Below, piece after piece: positions 38,169 to 51,349 of a DNA stretch of 64,000 nt. Origin of the DNA: Heterodontus francisci (taxonomy: Eukaryota); contig NC_090380.1 in NCBI RefSeq assembly GCF_036365525.1, positions 72,777,757 to 72,841,756 of the forward strand, in the 5' to 3' direction. Under the pieces are notes generated by a model that worked only from the letters and a program-made list of their open reading frames with translations, ran no database searches and was not told where the DNA came from. Both the position numbers and the translations under genes were made by a program. Numbering within the stretch: the stretch's first letter is position 1; the number at the start of each line of letters is the position of its first letter.

Positions 38169-38718
38169 GTAAGTTGTTCAGAAAGGGAATAAATGTCACA
38201 GCTCGCTACCCCCAGTTACTGTTAATATATAGGGGTAAAAATAGTAATTTTGTAGAAGCCCGTGTAAAACGCCACACATTAATAGAATTACAAAGACAAC
38301 GCGATGTGAACATTTGGAGATATATAGTCTCAATTTTTAATTCGTAGCAATAAACAAATTGGACTTATAAATAAATTAAATTGATTAAATTCCGACGCTA
38401 TGTTTTATTGGTAAATACTACAGGTCATAATGGTGTGTCGAGAAGGTAAGTGAATTTAAATAGGCAACAATAACCAATTAGACTGAAACACAAACAGCGG
38501 CAAACGCATAGGAGCTGAGAGCAGATATTTATCTCAAACATCGACTGTTCTTTGCACTCTACAGATTCTAACTGACTACCATTTATTTCCTACATTTATT
38601 TTTCTGCTTGTTATTTATACCGACTAGATAGTAACTCCGCTTCTATTAACTATGTTGTACAGCAGAGAATAACTCAAAGAATTATAAAGAATGGAATGCA
38701 AGTATCAACGAGTTTAAA

Positions 38719-39116
38719 TGTTTGTACTTGCGGCTGTTCAATTTTCAGTCTGTTAACACCCTAGCTGTACTAATGCTTTGTCTTTCAACACCTCATTAAC
38801 ATATTGTTTGCCTTTGCTCCATGACCTTCTGGTCAGCTATTCTGTGAACTTGTCCTATTTACACCTTCTCCTTTGTTATCTCTTGCCCCACCCCCACTTT
38901 ACTTGCTTATAACCTTTTACATTTCTAATATTTGCTAAACTAAAAGCAAAATACTGCAGATGCTGGAAAATATTTGCTAGTTCTGAAGAAGGGTCACTGA
39001 CCTGAAATGCTAACTCTGCTTCTCTCTCCTCAGATGCTGCCAGACCTGCTGAGTATTTCCAGCATTTCTTGTTTTTATTTCAGATTTCCAGCATCCGCAG
39101 TATTTTGCTTTTATTA
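38719..39116 (+). mobile_element. Penelope 3' end with hammerhead motif, 16-bp TSD
   Basis: TSD tatcaacgagtttaaa at 38703-38718 and 39117-39132. Contains CTGAAGA-agggtcactgacct-GAAA. Confidence 0.8.
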
Positions 39117-39621
39117 TATCAACGAGTTTAAACCCGTTTTTTCTAATACTAAGTTGGTTTATAAAACAAATCCAGAGTGGAATCGGTTTGAACTCTGAGT
39201 TTTGGTTCGACACGGGTAGTCTTGGTCGGAATGACTGATAAGAGTTGTTAAATGTCATTTGTGTAACTGAAAAGATGCACATTATTAAATTTATTTTATT
39301 TATTCCGGCTTCATGAAGCGACAGAGGAAATGTCGACGGAAACCAGAATGGGTACTGTTCAAGCAATACAAAACAGGCAAATAAAACAACTTCATACAGG
39401 ATATAATGAGAACTCAGTCGCACCGTTGATGCCTCAGAACGGCTACACTACTGTCTCAATTAGCTGGAATTCCATATTTGTAAAGGAAAAATGTAGGGGA
39501 AATAAGGGGGGATTGGAATAAGGGGGGGGGGGGGGGGAATAAGGATGGACAGACAAGTGAGATAGAAGAAAAACAGCGGAAAGACAACATTGCATAATGC
39601 TGATACCAATCCTAACAGGCG

Positions 39622-39824
39622 AACAACTTCATTCTCGGGATCCGCAGAGGGAGGAAGAGACTTCAGGTTCCGCTAAGTTAATTAAAATATATTATATCAA
39701 TCTGAGTTGTAGCAAATATATAGCGCTACTATATTAAAGATTTAAACTTGTGCAAGTTTGATACTAAATGGAACTGCACAATCAATTTGATCAAAGTATA
39801 TATCAATATACAAATCACAAGACA
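39622..39824 (-). repeat. Inverted duplicate of 37707-37915 (intron end, acceptor and start of the C1 exon)
   Basis: Reverse complement matches 'tgtcttgtgatttgtatattg...ttagcggaacctgaag...gcggatcccgagaatgaagttgtt'. It is preceded by a direct copy (~39569-39609) of ~37591-37630. Confidence 0.9.
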
Positions 39825-40552
39825 TGGGCACATACACAGTCGGCCGAATGGTGTCCTCCTGTGCTGTAATTTATATAACTCCCATTAACAACCAGTTGGC
39901 ATAATTCTCAATGAATATAGGAGCTGTGAATAAAGTGCCCACATTTACAATGTGGCGCTTATATTCTGCAGAAAAACGCCCACATCCGCCAAATTTCCGC
40001 TGTAATGATACCAGCAGTGTACAGGCAATCGTCCTGGTCATGTAACACCATTACCGCTCGTTACAGATTAGACCGTCTTAAAATCATTCATCATACTAGT
40101 TTCATTGGTTGTTACAAAGTACGTTGAGATTTTAGATTCTAAGAGAGTACGAGCAAGAAAAAGACACTGAGTTCATTCCTTTACATCTCAGACCACTGAA
40201 AAGCGCTGTCTTTTTTCTGCCTCTGCTCATTAAAGCCCAATTAGTAATATGACTTTAATCCCCAAACTAGACACACTTTTTCAAAAGTATTTAACATATG
40301 GCTGTAACCCATTTCTTCAGGCAACACGTACAAATGAAACAGCAAGATAACAGATTTAAAAACTACAAATATACCGATTAGCCGCAAGCAAGGTTGAAAG
40401 CTATTGTTGCAAAGCTGGAGCGAGCGAGCGCTGGCACATTGTAAACGTACATTTACCGCAAACTTTGCAAAGTCATCTTGGAGAGCAGTGAATTAATGAC
40501 TGATTTAAGAAGTATTCGGGAATGAGAGTACAGGGACCAGCCTTAGGTTGAC

Positions 40553-40876
40553 ATTGGTTGATGCGCAGTGGTTAGCACCGCAGCCTCACAGCTCCAGTGA
40601 CCTGAGTACTGTCTGTGTGGAGTTTGCAAGTTCTCCCTGTGACCATGTGGGTTTCCTCCGGATGCTCCGATTTCCTCCCACAGCCAAAGACTTGCAGGTT
40701 GATAGGTAAATTGGCCATTATAAATTGCCCCTAGTATAGGTAGGTGGTAGGGGAATTGAGGGAAGGTGGGAATGTGAGAGGGTAATGGGATTAATGTAGG
40801 ATTAGTATAAATGGGTGGTTGATGGTTGGCACAGACTCGGTGAGCCGAAGGGCCTGTTTCAGTGCTGTATCTCTAA
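40553..40876 (+). mobile_element. tRNA-derived SINE (HE1/V-SINE-like)
   Basis: Homologous to the other copies. Confidence 0.8.
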
Positions 40877-41239
40877 ACAATAAACAAAATGTTTTTTTTT
40901 CGGTGCACATCAAGTGGCAGTATCACTCAGAAGATTACAGAATGCATCAATATCATCAGGGTCTAAGATTTCCTGGTGGAGGCTGCAAGGCGTTGGTTTC
41001 TGTTTTCAAAATGTGCAGTTTGAATCCGTTTTTTAAATTTGATATTTTATGCGGCTATGAGATATCTGCTAGGCCAGACAACTAACAAAATCTGCCCAAC
41101 TGCTTCAGAAAAGTTTGCAGCACAAAACGGCCCTCAATATAAATCGCTTCGCATATGAAGTCAAGGAGCTGAGTCTCATAGAATATGGGCTTGCTGTAAC
41201 AATTCGTAGGTATCGCCAACATTTACAAACAGACAGCAA

Positions 41240-42570
41240 CAAGCTAGTCTCAGTAACTGTGACCATGAAACTACCAGATTGTCATTAAAAACCTATCTGG
41301 TTCACTAATGTCCTTTAGGGAAGGAAATCTGCCGTCCTTACCTGGTCTGTCCGACATGTGATTCCAGTCCCACAGCAATGTGGTTGACTCTTAACTGCCC
41401 TTTGAAGTGGCCCAGCAAGCCACTCCATTGTACCAAACTGCTGCAGAACAGTCGAATAAGAAGAAAACCGAATGGACCACCCAGCATCCACCTAGGCATC
41501 GGAAACGGCAACAGCAAACCTGCCCGGTCGACCCTGCAAAGCCCTCCTTACTAACATCTGGGGGTTTATGCTAAGATTCTGAGAGTTGTCCCACAGGCTC
41601 GTCAAGCAACAGCCTGACATAGTCAAACTCATGGAATCATACCTTACAGACAATGTCCCAGACACTGCCATCACCATCCCTGGGTATGTCCTGTCCAAAG
41701 GCAGAACAGACTCACCAGAGGTGGCAGCACAGTGGTATACAGTCGAGAAGGAATTGCCCTGGGAGTACTCAACATTGACTCTGGACCCATTGAAGTCTCA
41801 TGGCATCAGGTCAAACATGGGCAAGGAAACCTCCTGCTGATTACCACCTACCACACTCCCTCAGCTGATGAACCAGTACTCCTCCATGTTGAACACCATT
41901 TGGAAAAAGCACTGAGGGTAGCAAGGGCACAGAATGTACACTGGGCAGGGGACTTCAATGGTACAAGAGCAGGTCAGAGGCTGGGAATTCTGTGGTGAGT
42001 AACTCACCTCCTGACTCCCCAAACCTGTTTACCATCTACAAGGCACAGGTCAGGAGTATGATGGAATGCTCTCCACTTGCTTGGATGAGTGCAACTCCAA
42101 CAACACTCAAGAAGTTTACCATTCAGGACAAAGCAGTCCAATTAATTCGTACCCCACTCATCACCTTAAACATTCACTCCCTCCACCACAGATGCACAGT
42201 GGCAGCAGTGTGTACCATCTACAAGATGCACTGCAGCAACTCACTAAGGCTCCTTTGACAGCACTTTCCAAACCTGTGACATCTACCACCTAGAAGGACA
42301 AAGGCAGCAGATGCATGGGAATACCACCATCTGCAAGCTCCCTTCCAAGCCACATACCATCCTGACTTGGAACTATATTGCTGTTCCTTCACTGTCACTG
42401 GGTCAAAATCCTGGAACTTCCTTCCTAACAGCATTTTGGAAATAATGGCACCAGATAGACTGCAGCAGTTCAAGAAGGCGGCTCACCACCATTTTCTCAA
42501 GGGCAGTTAGGGATGGGCAATAAATGCTGGCCTAGCCAGAGATGCCCACATCCCATGAAAGAATAAAAAA
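41240..42570 (+). mobile_element. CR1-like LINE, internally deleted (endonuclease start joined to 3' end)
   Basis: LVKQQPDIVKLMESYL...IPGY...GDFN endonuclease motifs joined to TIYKAQVRSMME.SPLAW and the shared tail. Confidence 0.8.
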
Positions 42571-42745
42571 TATATAATTTAGAAATTATTGAAGATGGAT
42601 GTGAATGCTCAAGGTATGAGATTTATTTTCAACAATATTTATATAGCATCTCTAACATAGTAAAACATCCCAAGATGTTTCACAGGAGTGTTATCAATCA
42701 AAATGTGACACTGAACCACATTTAAAAAGCAGATAAAATGCAATA

Positions 42746-43312
42746 AAAACAGAACGTGCTGGAAATACTCAGTAGGTCTGGCAGCACCAGTGAAGAGAGA
42801 AGCAGAGTTAGCGTTTCAGGTCTGTGACCTTTCATCAGAACTGGCAAAGGTTAGAAGTATAGGTTTTAAGCAAGTGAAGTGGGGCTGGGGGTGGGGAGAA
42901 GAGAATGAAAGGGAAGTTGTGTGATAGGCAGAGGGCAGGAGAGATTAACTGACAAGGAGGTCATGGGGCAAAGGTAAAGGGAGTGTGCTAATGGTGAGGT
43001 GCAAGACAAAGCATTAGTGCAAAGAGTGTGTTAATGACAGAATAATGAACAGCTCTTTCCAAAAACACAAACATGAAAAGCCATGATTAGGGCAGGCATG
43101 TGTAAAAAAAAATGATAAAACAAAATAAAATGCAATAATAAAAAAGGGGGCCAATCATGCCCTGAAATTATTGAACTCAATGTTCAGTCCGGAAGGCTGT
43201 AGAGTGCCTAATCGGAAAATGTCCCTCCAGATTACGTTGATGTTCACTGCAACACTGCAGCAAGCCCAGGACAGAGATAGGGACATGAGAACAGGATGGT
43301 GAATTGAAATAA
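42746..43312 (-). mobile_element. Penelope 3' end, 13-bp TSD
   Basis: IFRLGTLQPSGLNIEFNNF. TSD ataaaatgcaata at 42733-42745 and 43313-43325. Confidence 0.85.
42803..42845 (-). ncRNA. Minimal hammerhead ribozyme motif of the Penelope element
   Basis: Reverse complement ccagtt-CTGATGA-a-aggtc-aca-gacct-GAAA-cgcta-actctg has the conserved core, stem II and a short stem I (agtt/aact). Confidence 0.65.
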
Positions 43313-44817
43313 ATAAAATGCAATACCCTAGCAATCCCAACCCCCATTTTATTTCCAAACTAAAGCAATTTCGTAACTGAGGTAATCTGCATTCTCACAT
43401 AAAGATAGTTGGTGCTCTCACACCAAGGAACACCCACGTTATCTCAAGAAGGTGGGTGCAACCACTCGTTAAGAAAAGAAACCTTCCCATGAAACAACAA
43501 TCAGGCATGCTCCAAATAATTCCTTCAATGAAAATTGAAGCTTTATCTTATTTGTTATAAATAACTTTGTTTTAGTGGACATTAAATAAACACACCTATA
43601 AATGTGACTCTCAGAAACTATCAGCTCTTTTCCAGTTGTTAACCTTAAGTTTATACCTAAGAAAGAATGAGAGAATGTAGCATCTAATTGATTTCAGTTC
43701 TATCCTTTGATCAGTTTTGACCTGACAGGCTCCACTTCCAACCTTCAAATGATCTGATTGATTAGACTGACAACCTCCAATGCAGGCAAAAATAAAGTTC
43801 AAGTTTCTTTTTGAAACATTTCTGTCGGTTGAAATACTGATGGTTGTCATGTATGCATTGATCCAAATCAAAAAAAACGCAAACCATCTTTAGGAGGTAG
43901 TCTTGCTAATATTACAGTTGGACTTCGACAAATCTGTGGCATGAGGGAATGGGAAGGAGAAAGAATGCATGAACATTGTAAAGCAGTTCTGCAATTAGCC
44001 AGCATAATTTGAGCAGGGAGCTGAAGTTATACTGCCCACTTCAAGCCTGTGAAACTGCTGTAGGAGGGGTGAGAGGTGGGGGGAAAGGGTTCAGTAAAGG
44101 AATGGTAGAGCATTGGTTTCGTGCACTCAAGTACACACAGATAATTTGCTTATTATTATCTGGCCATGTTAAACTTATTACTGATTATGAAGTGTTAGAG
44201 ATTGGAAGGACAGCTTAGGCTTTAAAATTATTTTTTAATATCTATACAGTTAGTTAGTACAAAGTGAAAATATCATAAGACCATTTCTTAGGGAGTCAGT
44301 ATGTCACTATTTATGTCATGTGATTTTGGGTGTGCTTCAATTAAAAGTGGTAATATAATTCAGCAAGCTACTCAATACACTTAAACGACGAGGTGTGACA
44401 CCCCTCCAGGCAGTGATAGAATCACTTGTGAATAATAAGACTGTTACCATAGAGACTCCATGGTGGAATGGGCCTTCTCCTTCAACCAATAAAAGACTGC
44501 TTCTTTTCTTTGGGGGTTATCAGTAGAAATAGGATAATGCATGATTATGTAATAATACTGTTTCTACAAATGAAGTATTATTGACATTGATCCTCTATGA
44601 AGGTCCTGCTGTGGAAGTCTTTTGGTATATTTCACAAGAACAAGTCAACTCAACAACTCAAAAATGACATGTCAATTTCTGATTCAATATATGTTTTAAA
44701 TAATATGTCAGAAGATGTGTATTTAAAATTATTGCATGTAATGTAGTAAGCAATGGTAATGTTAGTAATTAATTGCTGCTATTGGTTTTGATTCATATTT
44801 CAATTGTATTTCTGAAG

Positions 44818-44922
44818 GCTTTTCCAAGTACTCTTACTTCAGCCTGCTGAGTCTTATCCTTATTGTACCATTTTGTCTTTGGATCATCAAGAGTCATTGC
44901 TGTAAACTGAAGATTGAGAAAG
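44818..44922 (+). CDS. VJ-C1-TM-ITIM receptor, transmembrane exon
   Basis: Acceptor tttctgaag and donor G|GTAATC, phase 1-1. GFSKYSYFSLLSLILIVPFCLWIIKSHCCKLKIEK has a ~20-aa uncharged hydrophobic span followed by a basic/Cys stop-transfer segment. Confidence 0.8.
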
Positions 44923-45590
44923 GTAATCAGATACAATATACATTGTATTTTGAAACTGAATTAAATATATCAAAAGCAAAAATTGTATTTAAATCCTGGA
45001 AAAAAATAAATCCAACAATAATAATCATAAAAAACGATTTCATATTCCCACAGGCCAGTGACAGTACTATTATACCACTGTGTACCAGCATAGATATAAA
45101 AGGCAGATCTTGCTTGACTAATTGAATTTTTTGATGAAGTAACAGAAAAGGTTGATAAAGGGAAGGCAATGAATGTTGTCTATATGGATTTTAAGAAAGC
45201 ATTTGACAAAGCAGCAAATTAAAGGCTGGTTAAAAAAGTTGAGGCTCATGGAATAGGAGGGTCAGTATCAGCTTGGATAAAAAAAATTGGCTTCAGGACA
45301 GAAAACAGCGAGTCATGGTAAATGGTATTTTTTCAGACTGGAAGATGGTAGACAATGGAGTTCCCCAAGTGTCAGTGCTATGACCACTGCTTTTTGGATA
45401 TAGATAAATGATGATACCAAACTTGGAGATGTGGCAAACAGTGAGGATGATACCAATCAATTGCAACGGGACATAGATATGCTCGTAGAATGGACAGACA
45501 AGTGGAAGATAGAATTTAATACAAAGAAGTGTGAGGCGATGCATTTTGGCAGAAGGGATAGGGAGAGGTAATATAGACTTAATAGCACAG

Positions 45591-47204
45591 TGTCATGAAA
45601 ATCTACTATGCTGAATGATGATTTTTAATCCATTGGTTGGAAACTTAAATTAAACTTCCAAAATGAAAGCTGGAACCCTAAATTCAACTTTTAAAAAGAT
45701 AGCAGCTAAGATGGCCACCGCAATTTGCATTGAAATATCTCATATTCCAAGCGATCAAAGTGGAGACGCATATTCTGAACAAGCCCTCATCCAGAACAAT
45801 GGCTTGAGCAGTTGAATGAATTATCTGATATCACCCGCGTTAGCAAGACATTCAAAGCCATCTTGGAACATTAACCCTAGTGGAGACAAACTCTAGGGGG
45901 TAAACATTGAAACAATGAGACCTGAGAGAGATTGAAATTCTTAGACTTGGATCTCATTAAAGTGAAAAAGAGAACACACTGAGAGAATCATGTGACAGTC
46001 TCCCCAGTCTGTGTGAAAATTTGGAGATTCTTTTTAACACATGAGACAAGCTTTGAGAGCTAATCAGTGCAGGACCCCAGTGGGGCTGTCTCTCTCTCTT
46101 TCTCTCCAGGTAAGTTTCAAACCCTGTCTGTGAACTGCAAAACATCCAAGTCTATCAATGCTGCAGACAGAGACTCTGGGGAGAAAGCAATCTACATCAT
46201 TGTCTCCAAGAAAACCCTGAACCAGGTGGCTACCTCTCCCAGCCAGAAACGTCAGGGCCACAAATTCATCCGGAAGACGACTGAATTACCAGACTCCACA
46301 GACTGTATATTATTTCTATTTGTTCTGGACTCTAATCCAACCAATCTATTCTTTGTCACTCTATAACCTATTTATGTGTTTAGTTTTTAGTTTAGAGATA
46401 CAGCACTGAAACAGGCCCTTCAGCCCACCGAGTCTGTGCCGACCATCAACCACCCATTTATACTAATCCTACACTAATCCCATATTCCTACCACATCCCC
46501 ACCTGTCCCTACATTTCCCTACCACCTACCTATACTAGTGGCAATTTATAATGGCCAATTTACCTATCAACCTGCGTATGTGTGTATGTGTGTGAAAGTT
46601 GGAGCGTAGTTTATTATTTTTACTTAGATGGGGTTTTGATTTTAAGTACAATAAACTAACCTCTTTCTTGTTATAAACTAACCTCTTTCTTGTTTTTACT
46701 GAAGAAAATCTGTCCAATTGGTTCTTTTATGATCATGGCAACTAAAAGTGTTGAACACAGTGGTAAGCACATTTATTGCTTAAAATAAATAAACCCTGTT
46801 GCAGTCAAACAAGGAGAGGGACAAGCCTTTTTAGAGATACAGCACTGAAACAGGCCCTTCAGCCCACCAAGTCTGTGCCAACCATCAACCACCCATTTAT
46901 ACTAATCCTACACTAATTCCATATTCCTACCACATCCCCACCTGTCCCTATATTTTCCCTACCACCTAACTATACTAGGGGCAATTGCTAATGGCCAATT
47001 AACCTATCAACCTACAAGTCTTTGGCATGTGGGAGGAAACCGGAGCACCCAGAGGAAACCCACGCAGACACAGGGAGAACTTGCAAACTCCACACAGGCA
47101 GTACCCAGAATTGAACCAGGGTTGCTGGAGCTGTGAGGCTGCGGTGCTAACCACTGCGCCACTGTGCCGCCCATTAGGTATTTGACCTCTCCTTACCTGT
47201 AATA
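45591..47204. mobile_element. Probable solo LTR carrying two SINE insertions
   Basis: Starts TGTCATG and ends TGTAATA, flanked by an ACAG direct repeat, inserted in CR1. SINEs at ~46391-46575 and ~46830-47172. Confidence 0.6.
46830..47172 (-). mobile_element. tRNA-derived SINE (HE1/V-SINE-like), full length
   Basis: Head 'ggcggcacagtggcgcagtggttagc' on the minus strand. Confidence 0.85.
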
Positions 47205-47328
47205 ACAGTTCAAAAGAGTGTGCTGGGACAGAGAGACCTTGGGTTCATGTGCATGGAACTTTGGAGGTGGCGGGACATATTGAGGAATACTTAGCAAAAC
47301 ATATGAGATCTTGCAGTTCATAAATAGA

Positions 47329-50300
47329 AGTCTTCTTTGGCCTCCTTGTCTTGAAAGACAATGGGTAAGCGCCTGGAGGTGGTCAGTGGTTTGTGAAGCA
47401 GCGCCTGGAGTGGCTATAAAGGCCAATTCTAGAGTTACATACTCTTCCACAGGTGCTGCAGATAAAATTGGTTGTCGGGGCTGTTACACAGTTGGCTCTC
47501 TCCTTGCACTTCTGTCTTTTTTCCTGCCAACTGCAAAGTCTCTTCGACTCGGCACGCTTTAGCCCCGCCTTTATGGTTGCCCACTAGCTCTGGCGATCGC
47601 TGGCAACTTACTCCCACGACTTGTGATCAATGTCACAGGATTTCATGATGCGTTTGCAGATGTCTTTAAAGCGGAGACAAGGACGGCCGGTGGGTCTGAT
47701 ACCAGTGACGAGCTCGCTGTACTATGTGTCCTTGGGGATCCTGCCATCTTCCATGCGGCTCACATGGCCAAGTCATCGCAGGCACCGCTGGCTTAGTAGG
47801 GTGTATATGCTGGGGATGTTGGCCCCCTCAAGGACTTCTGTGTTGGAGATACGGTCCTGCCACCTGATGCCAAGGATTCTCCGGAGGCAGCGAAGATGGA
47901 ATGAATTGAGACGTTGCTCTTGGCTGACGTACGTTGTCCAGGCTTCGCTGCCCAGAGCAAGGTACTGAGGACACAGGCTTGATACACTTGGACTTTTGTG
48001 TTCTGTGTCAGTGCGCCATTTTCCCACACTCTCTTGGCGATTCTGGACATAGCAGTGGAAGCCTTTCCAATGCGCTTGTTGATTTCTGCATCGAGAGACA
48101 GGTTACTGGTGATATTTGAGCCTAGGTAGGTGAACTCTTGAACCACTTCCAGAGCATGGTCGCCGATATTTATGGATGGGGCATTTCTGACGTCCTGTCC
48201 CATGAGGTTCGCTTTCTTGAGGCTAATGGTTAGGCCAAATTCAGTGCAGGCAGCTGCAATCCTGTCGATGAGTCTCTGCAGACACTCGTCTGTGTGAGAT
48301 GTTAATGCAGCATCATCAGCAAAGAGGAGTTCCCTGAAGAGGACCTTCCGTACTTTGGTCTTCGCTCTTAGATGGGCAAGGTTGAACAACATGCCCCCTG
48401 ATCTTGTGTGGAGGAAAATACCTTCTTCTGAAGACTTGAATGCATGTGAGAGTACCAGGGAGAAGAAGATCCCAAACAGTGTAGGTGCGAGAACACAGCC
48501 CTGTTTCACGCCACTCAGGATAGGAAAGGGCTCTGATGAGGCGCCGCTATGCTGAATTGTGCCTTTCATATTGTCATGGAATGAGGTGATGATACTTAGT
48601 AGCTTTGGTGGGCATCCGATCTTTTCTAGTAGTCTGAAGAGACCACGTCTGCTGACGAGGTCAAAGGCTTTGGTGAGATCAATGAAAGCAATGTAGAGGG
48701 GCATCTGTTGTTCACGGCATTTCTCCTGTAGCTGGCGAAGGGAGAACAGCATGTTAATGGTGGAAATCTGATTCCAGCATCCGCAGTATTTTGCTTTTAT
48801 GTTAATGGTGGATCTCTCTGCTCGAAATCCACACTGTGCCTCAGGATAGACACGCTCAGCCAGCTTCTGGAGCCTGTTTAAAGCGACTCGAGCGAAGACT
48901 TTCCCCACTATGCTGAGCAGGGAGATTCCACGGTCGTTGTTGCAGTCACCGCGGTCACCCTTGTTCTTATAGAGGGTGATGATATTGGCATCGCGCATGT
49001 CCTGTGGTACTGCTCCCTCATCCCAGCACAGGCAAAGCAGTTCATACAGTGCTGAAAGTATAGCAGGCTTGGCACACTTGATGATTTCAGGGGTAATGCC
49101 GTCCTTCCCAGGGGCTTTTCCACTGGCTAGAGAATCAATGGCATCATTGAGTTCTGATTTTGTTGGCTGTACGTCCAGCTGATCCATGACTGGCAGAGAC
49201 TGGGCTGCATTGAGGGCGGTATCAGTGACAACATTTTCCCTGGACTACAGTTCTAGGTAGTGTTCCACCCAGCGGTCCATTTGCTTGCAATGGTCAGTGA
49301 TTGTGGCCCCTGATTTAGGTTTGAGGGGGGCAATCTTCTTGATGGTTGGCCCAAAAGCTCTCTTAATGCCATCATACATTCCTCTGATATTTCTGGTGTC
49401 AGAGGCCAGCTGAATATGACTGCATAGGTATTGCCAGTAGTCATTTGCACAGCGCCTTGCTGTTCTTTGTGCAGTGCTTCTGGCTGCTTTAAGTGCTACG
49501 GATGTTAACTCACTGGGGGCTTTCTTGTAGTTCAGCAGTGCAATGCACTTAGCGGCTATGACAGGTTCCAGTTCTTCAATGTGAGATTGAAACCAGTCTG
49601 CATTCCGCTTCACACGTTTGCCATAGGTGGTCATTGCTGAGTCATAGATGGCGTCTCTGATGTGGGCCCATTTGGTGTCTGCACCCCCTGTGGGAGTGTT
49701 TTGAATGGCTTTTTCAAGTGAATTTAGAAACTTACGTAACAGCTGTGGATGAGAAATTCTGCTAGTGTTGATGCGCGGGCGGCCCTTCTGCTTGGAGTGA
49801 TGCAGCTTCTTTGGTTTGAGGCTAACCTTGCTGCACACCAGGGAGTGGTCGGTGTCGCAGTCCGCACTGTGGAAGCTGCGTGTGATTTAAACGCTGTTTA
49901 AAGAGGCTCGCCTTGTGACGATGAGTTCCAGCCGGAACCAACGACGTGATCTTGGGTGCCTCCAAGAAACCTGGTGACAGGGTTTTGTGTGAAAGAATGA
50001 GTTGGTGATGCAGAGGTTATGATAGCTACACAACTCAAGCAGTCTCTGTCCATTCTCATTCATCCTACCAATGCCATAGCGCCCAAGGCAGGAGGGCCAT
50101 GAGTCATGGTCGGCCCCAACCCTGGCATTAAAGTCCCCCAGTAGGAACAGGTGTTCGGTGTTGGGGATGCTACTAATGTTATTATGGAGTTCCTCGTAGA
50201 ACTGGTCTTTCGCTTCAGGTGCGGAGCAGAGTGTTGGAGCATAGATGCTGAGTAGGTGTACTAGACCAGAGGCGGTGAACAGTCAGATGGACAGTATGCG

Positions 50301-50470
50301 TTCCGAGCCATTTGAGGGTGGCTCTATCATTCTGAGCAAAGAGTTTCTGATGGCGAAGCCCACTCCATGCTGTCTTGGTTCCTCAGGATCCCTACCCTGC
50401 CAGAAGAAGGTGTAGTCTTGCTCTCTTAGAGATTCGCTCGCAGGGAGGCGTATCTCCTGAAGTGCTGCAG
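47329..50470 (-). mobile_element. RTE-clade (BovB-like) LINE, near-full ORF region (APE endonuclease + RT)
   Basis: 464-aa RT ORF, endonuclease motifs (IYAPT, LGDFNARVG, DTDHSLV) and high similarity to 3397-5800. Confidence 0.92.
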
Positions 50471-51349
50471 TATTGATTACAAAAGCAGGGAAGTTATGCT
50501 GAACCTTTATAAAGCTCTAATTAGGCCCCAACTAGAGTATTGTATCCAGTTCTGGTCACCACGTTTTAGGAAGGATGTGAGGATCCTCGAGAGGGTACAG
50601 AGGAGATTTACCAGAATGGTTCCAGGGATGAGGGATTTTAGCCACAAGGTGTGGTTGGAGAAGCTGGGGTTGCTCTCCCTGGAGCAAAGGGCATTGAGGG
50701 GAGATTTGATAGAGATGTACAAGATTATGACAGATTTAGATAAGGTAGACAAAAAAAAACTGTTCCCATTAGCTGATGGTGTAAGGACTGGGTGACACAG
50801 ATTTAAGGTTTTGGGCAAGCGATGGAGGGGGTTGTGAGGAAGAACTTTTTACACAGCAAGTGGTAATGACCTGGAACTCACTGCCCATGAGGGTGGTGGA
50901 AGCGGAGACAATCAACGATTCCAAAAGGAAATAGGATAAGCACTTGAGGGAAATAAACTTGAAAGGGCATGGGGATAGAGCTAGAATGCGACTGATTGGA
51001 TTACTCTACGAGAGCTGGCATGGACTCGATGGGCAAATGGGCTCCTGTGCCATATTGATTCTATGACTCTATTACTCTATTCCATCTGAAATTCACCTTT
51101 TGGAAAAAATACATTAACATAACCCGTAAAATTAATATTGTAGAGCTAAGGGAACTGTTCTAACACAGGTTGATGTGGAAAATTTTGACAGAGCTGAATA
51201 TAAATATCTTTGCATCCAAATATCCTTTCCAAGCTTTCATGTGTAAATGATGAAGCCTGAAATATATTATGTTAAAAATGGGAACAGTAATACTCATTTA
51301 GCATTTAAAAGTTATAAGCTGTGAAACTGGACAGGGTCTGAAAGTAGGC

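Larger units (their letters stand above)
45100..51065 (+). mobile_element. CR1 LINE split by a solo LTR and an RTE insertion
   Basis: CR1 segments at ~45100-45590, 47205-47328 and 50471-51065 (LYKALIRPQLEYCIQFWSP...LRGDLIEMYKI) are collinear. Confidence 0.8.

Noticed and set aside
35461-44922. Assigning NCR3 (NKp30) or SIRPA symbols
   Set aside because: NKp30 has no C1 domain and has a charged TM; SIRP-alpha typically has two C1 domains. Orthology cannot be shown from sequence reading alone.
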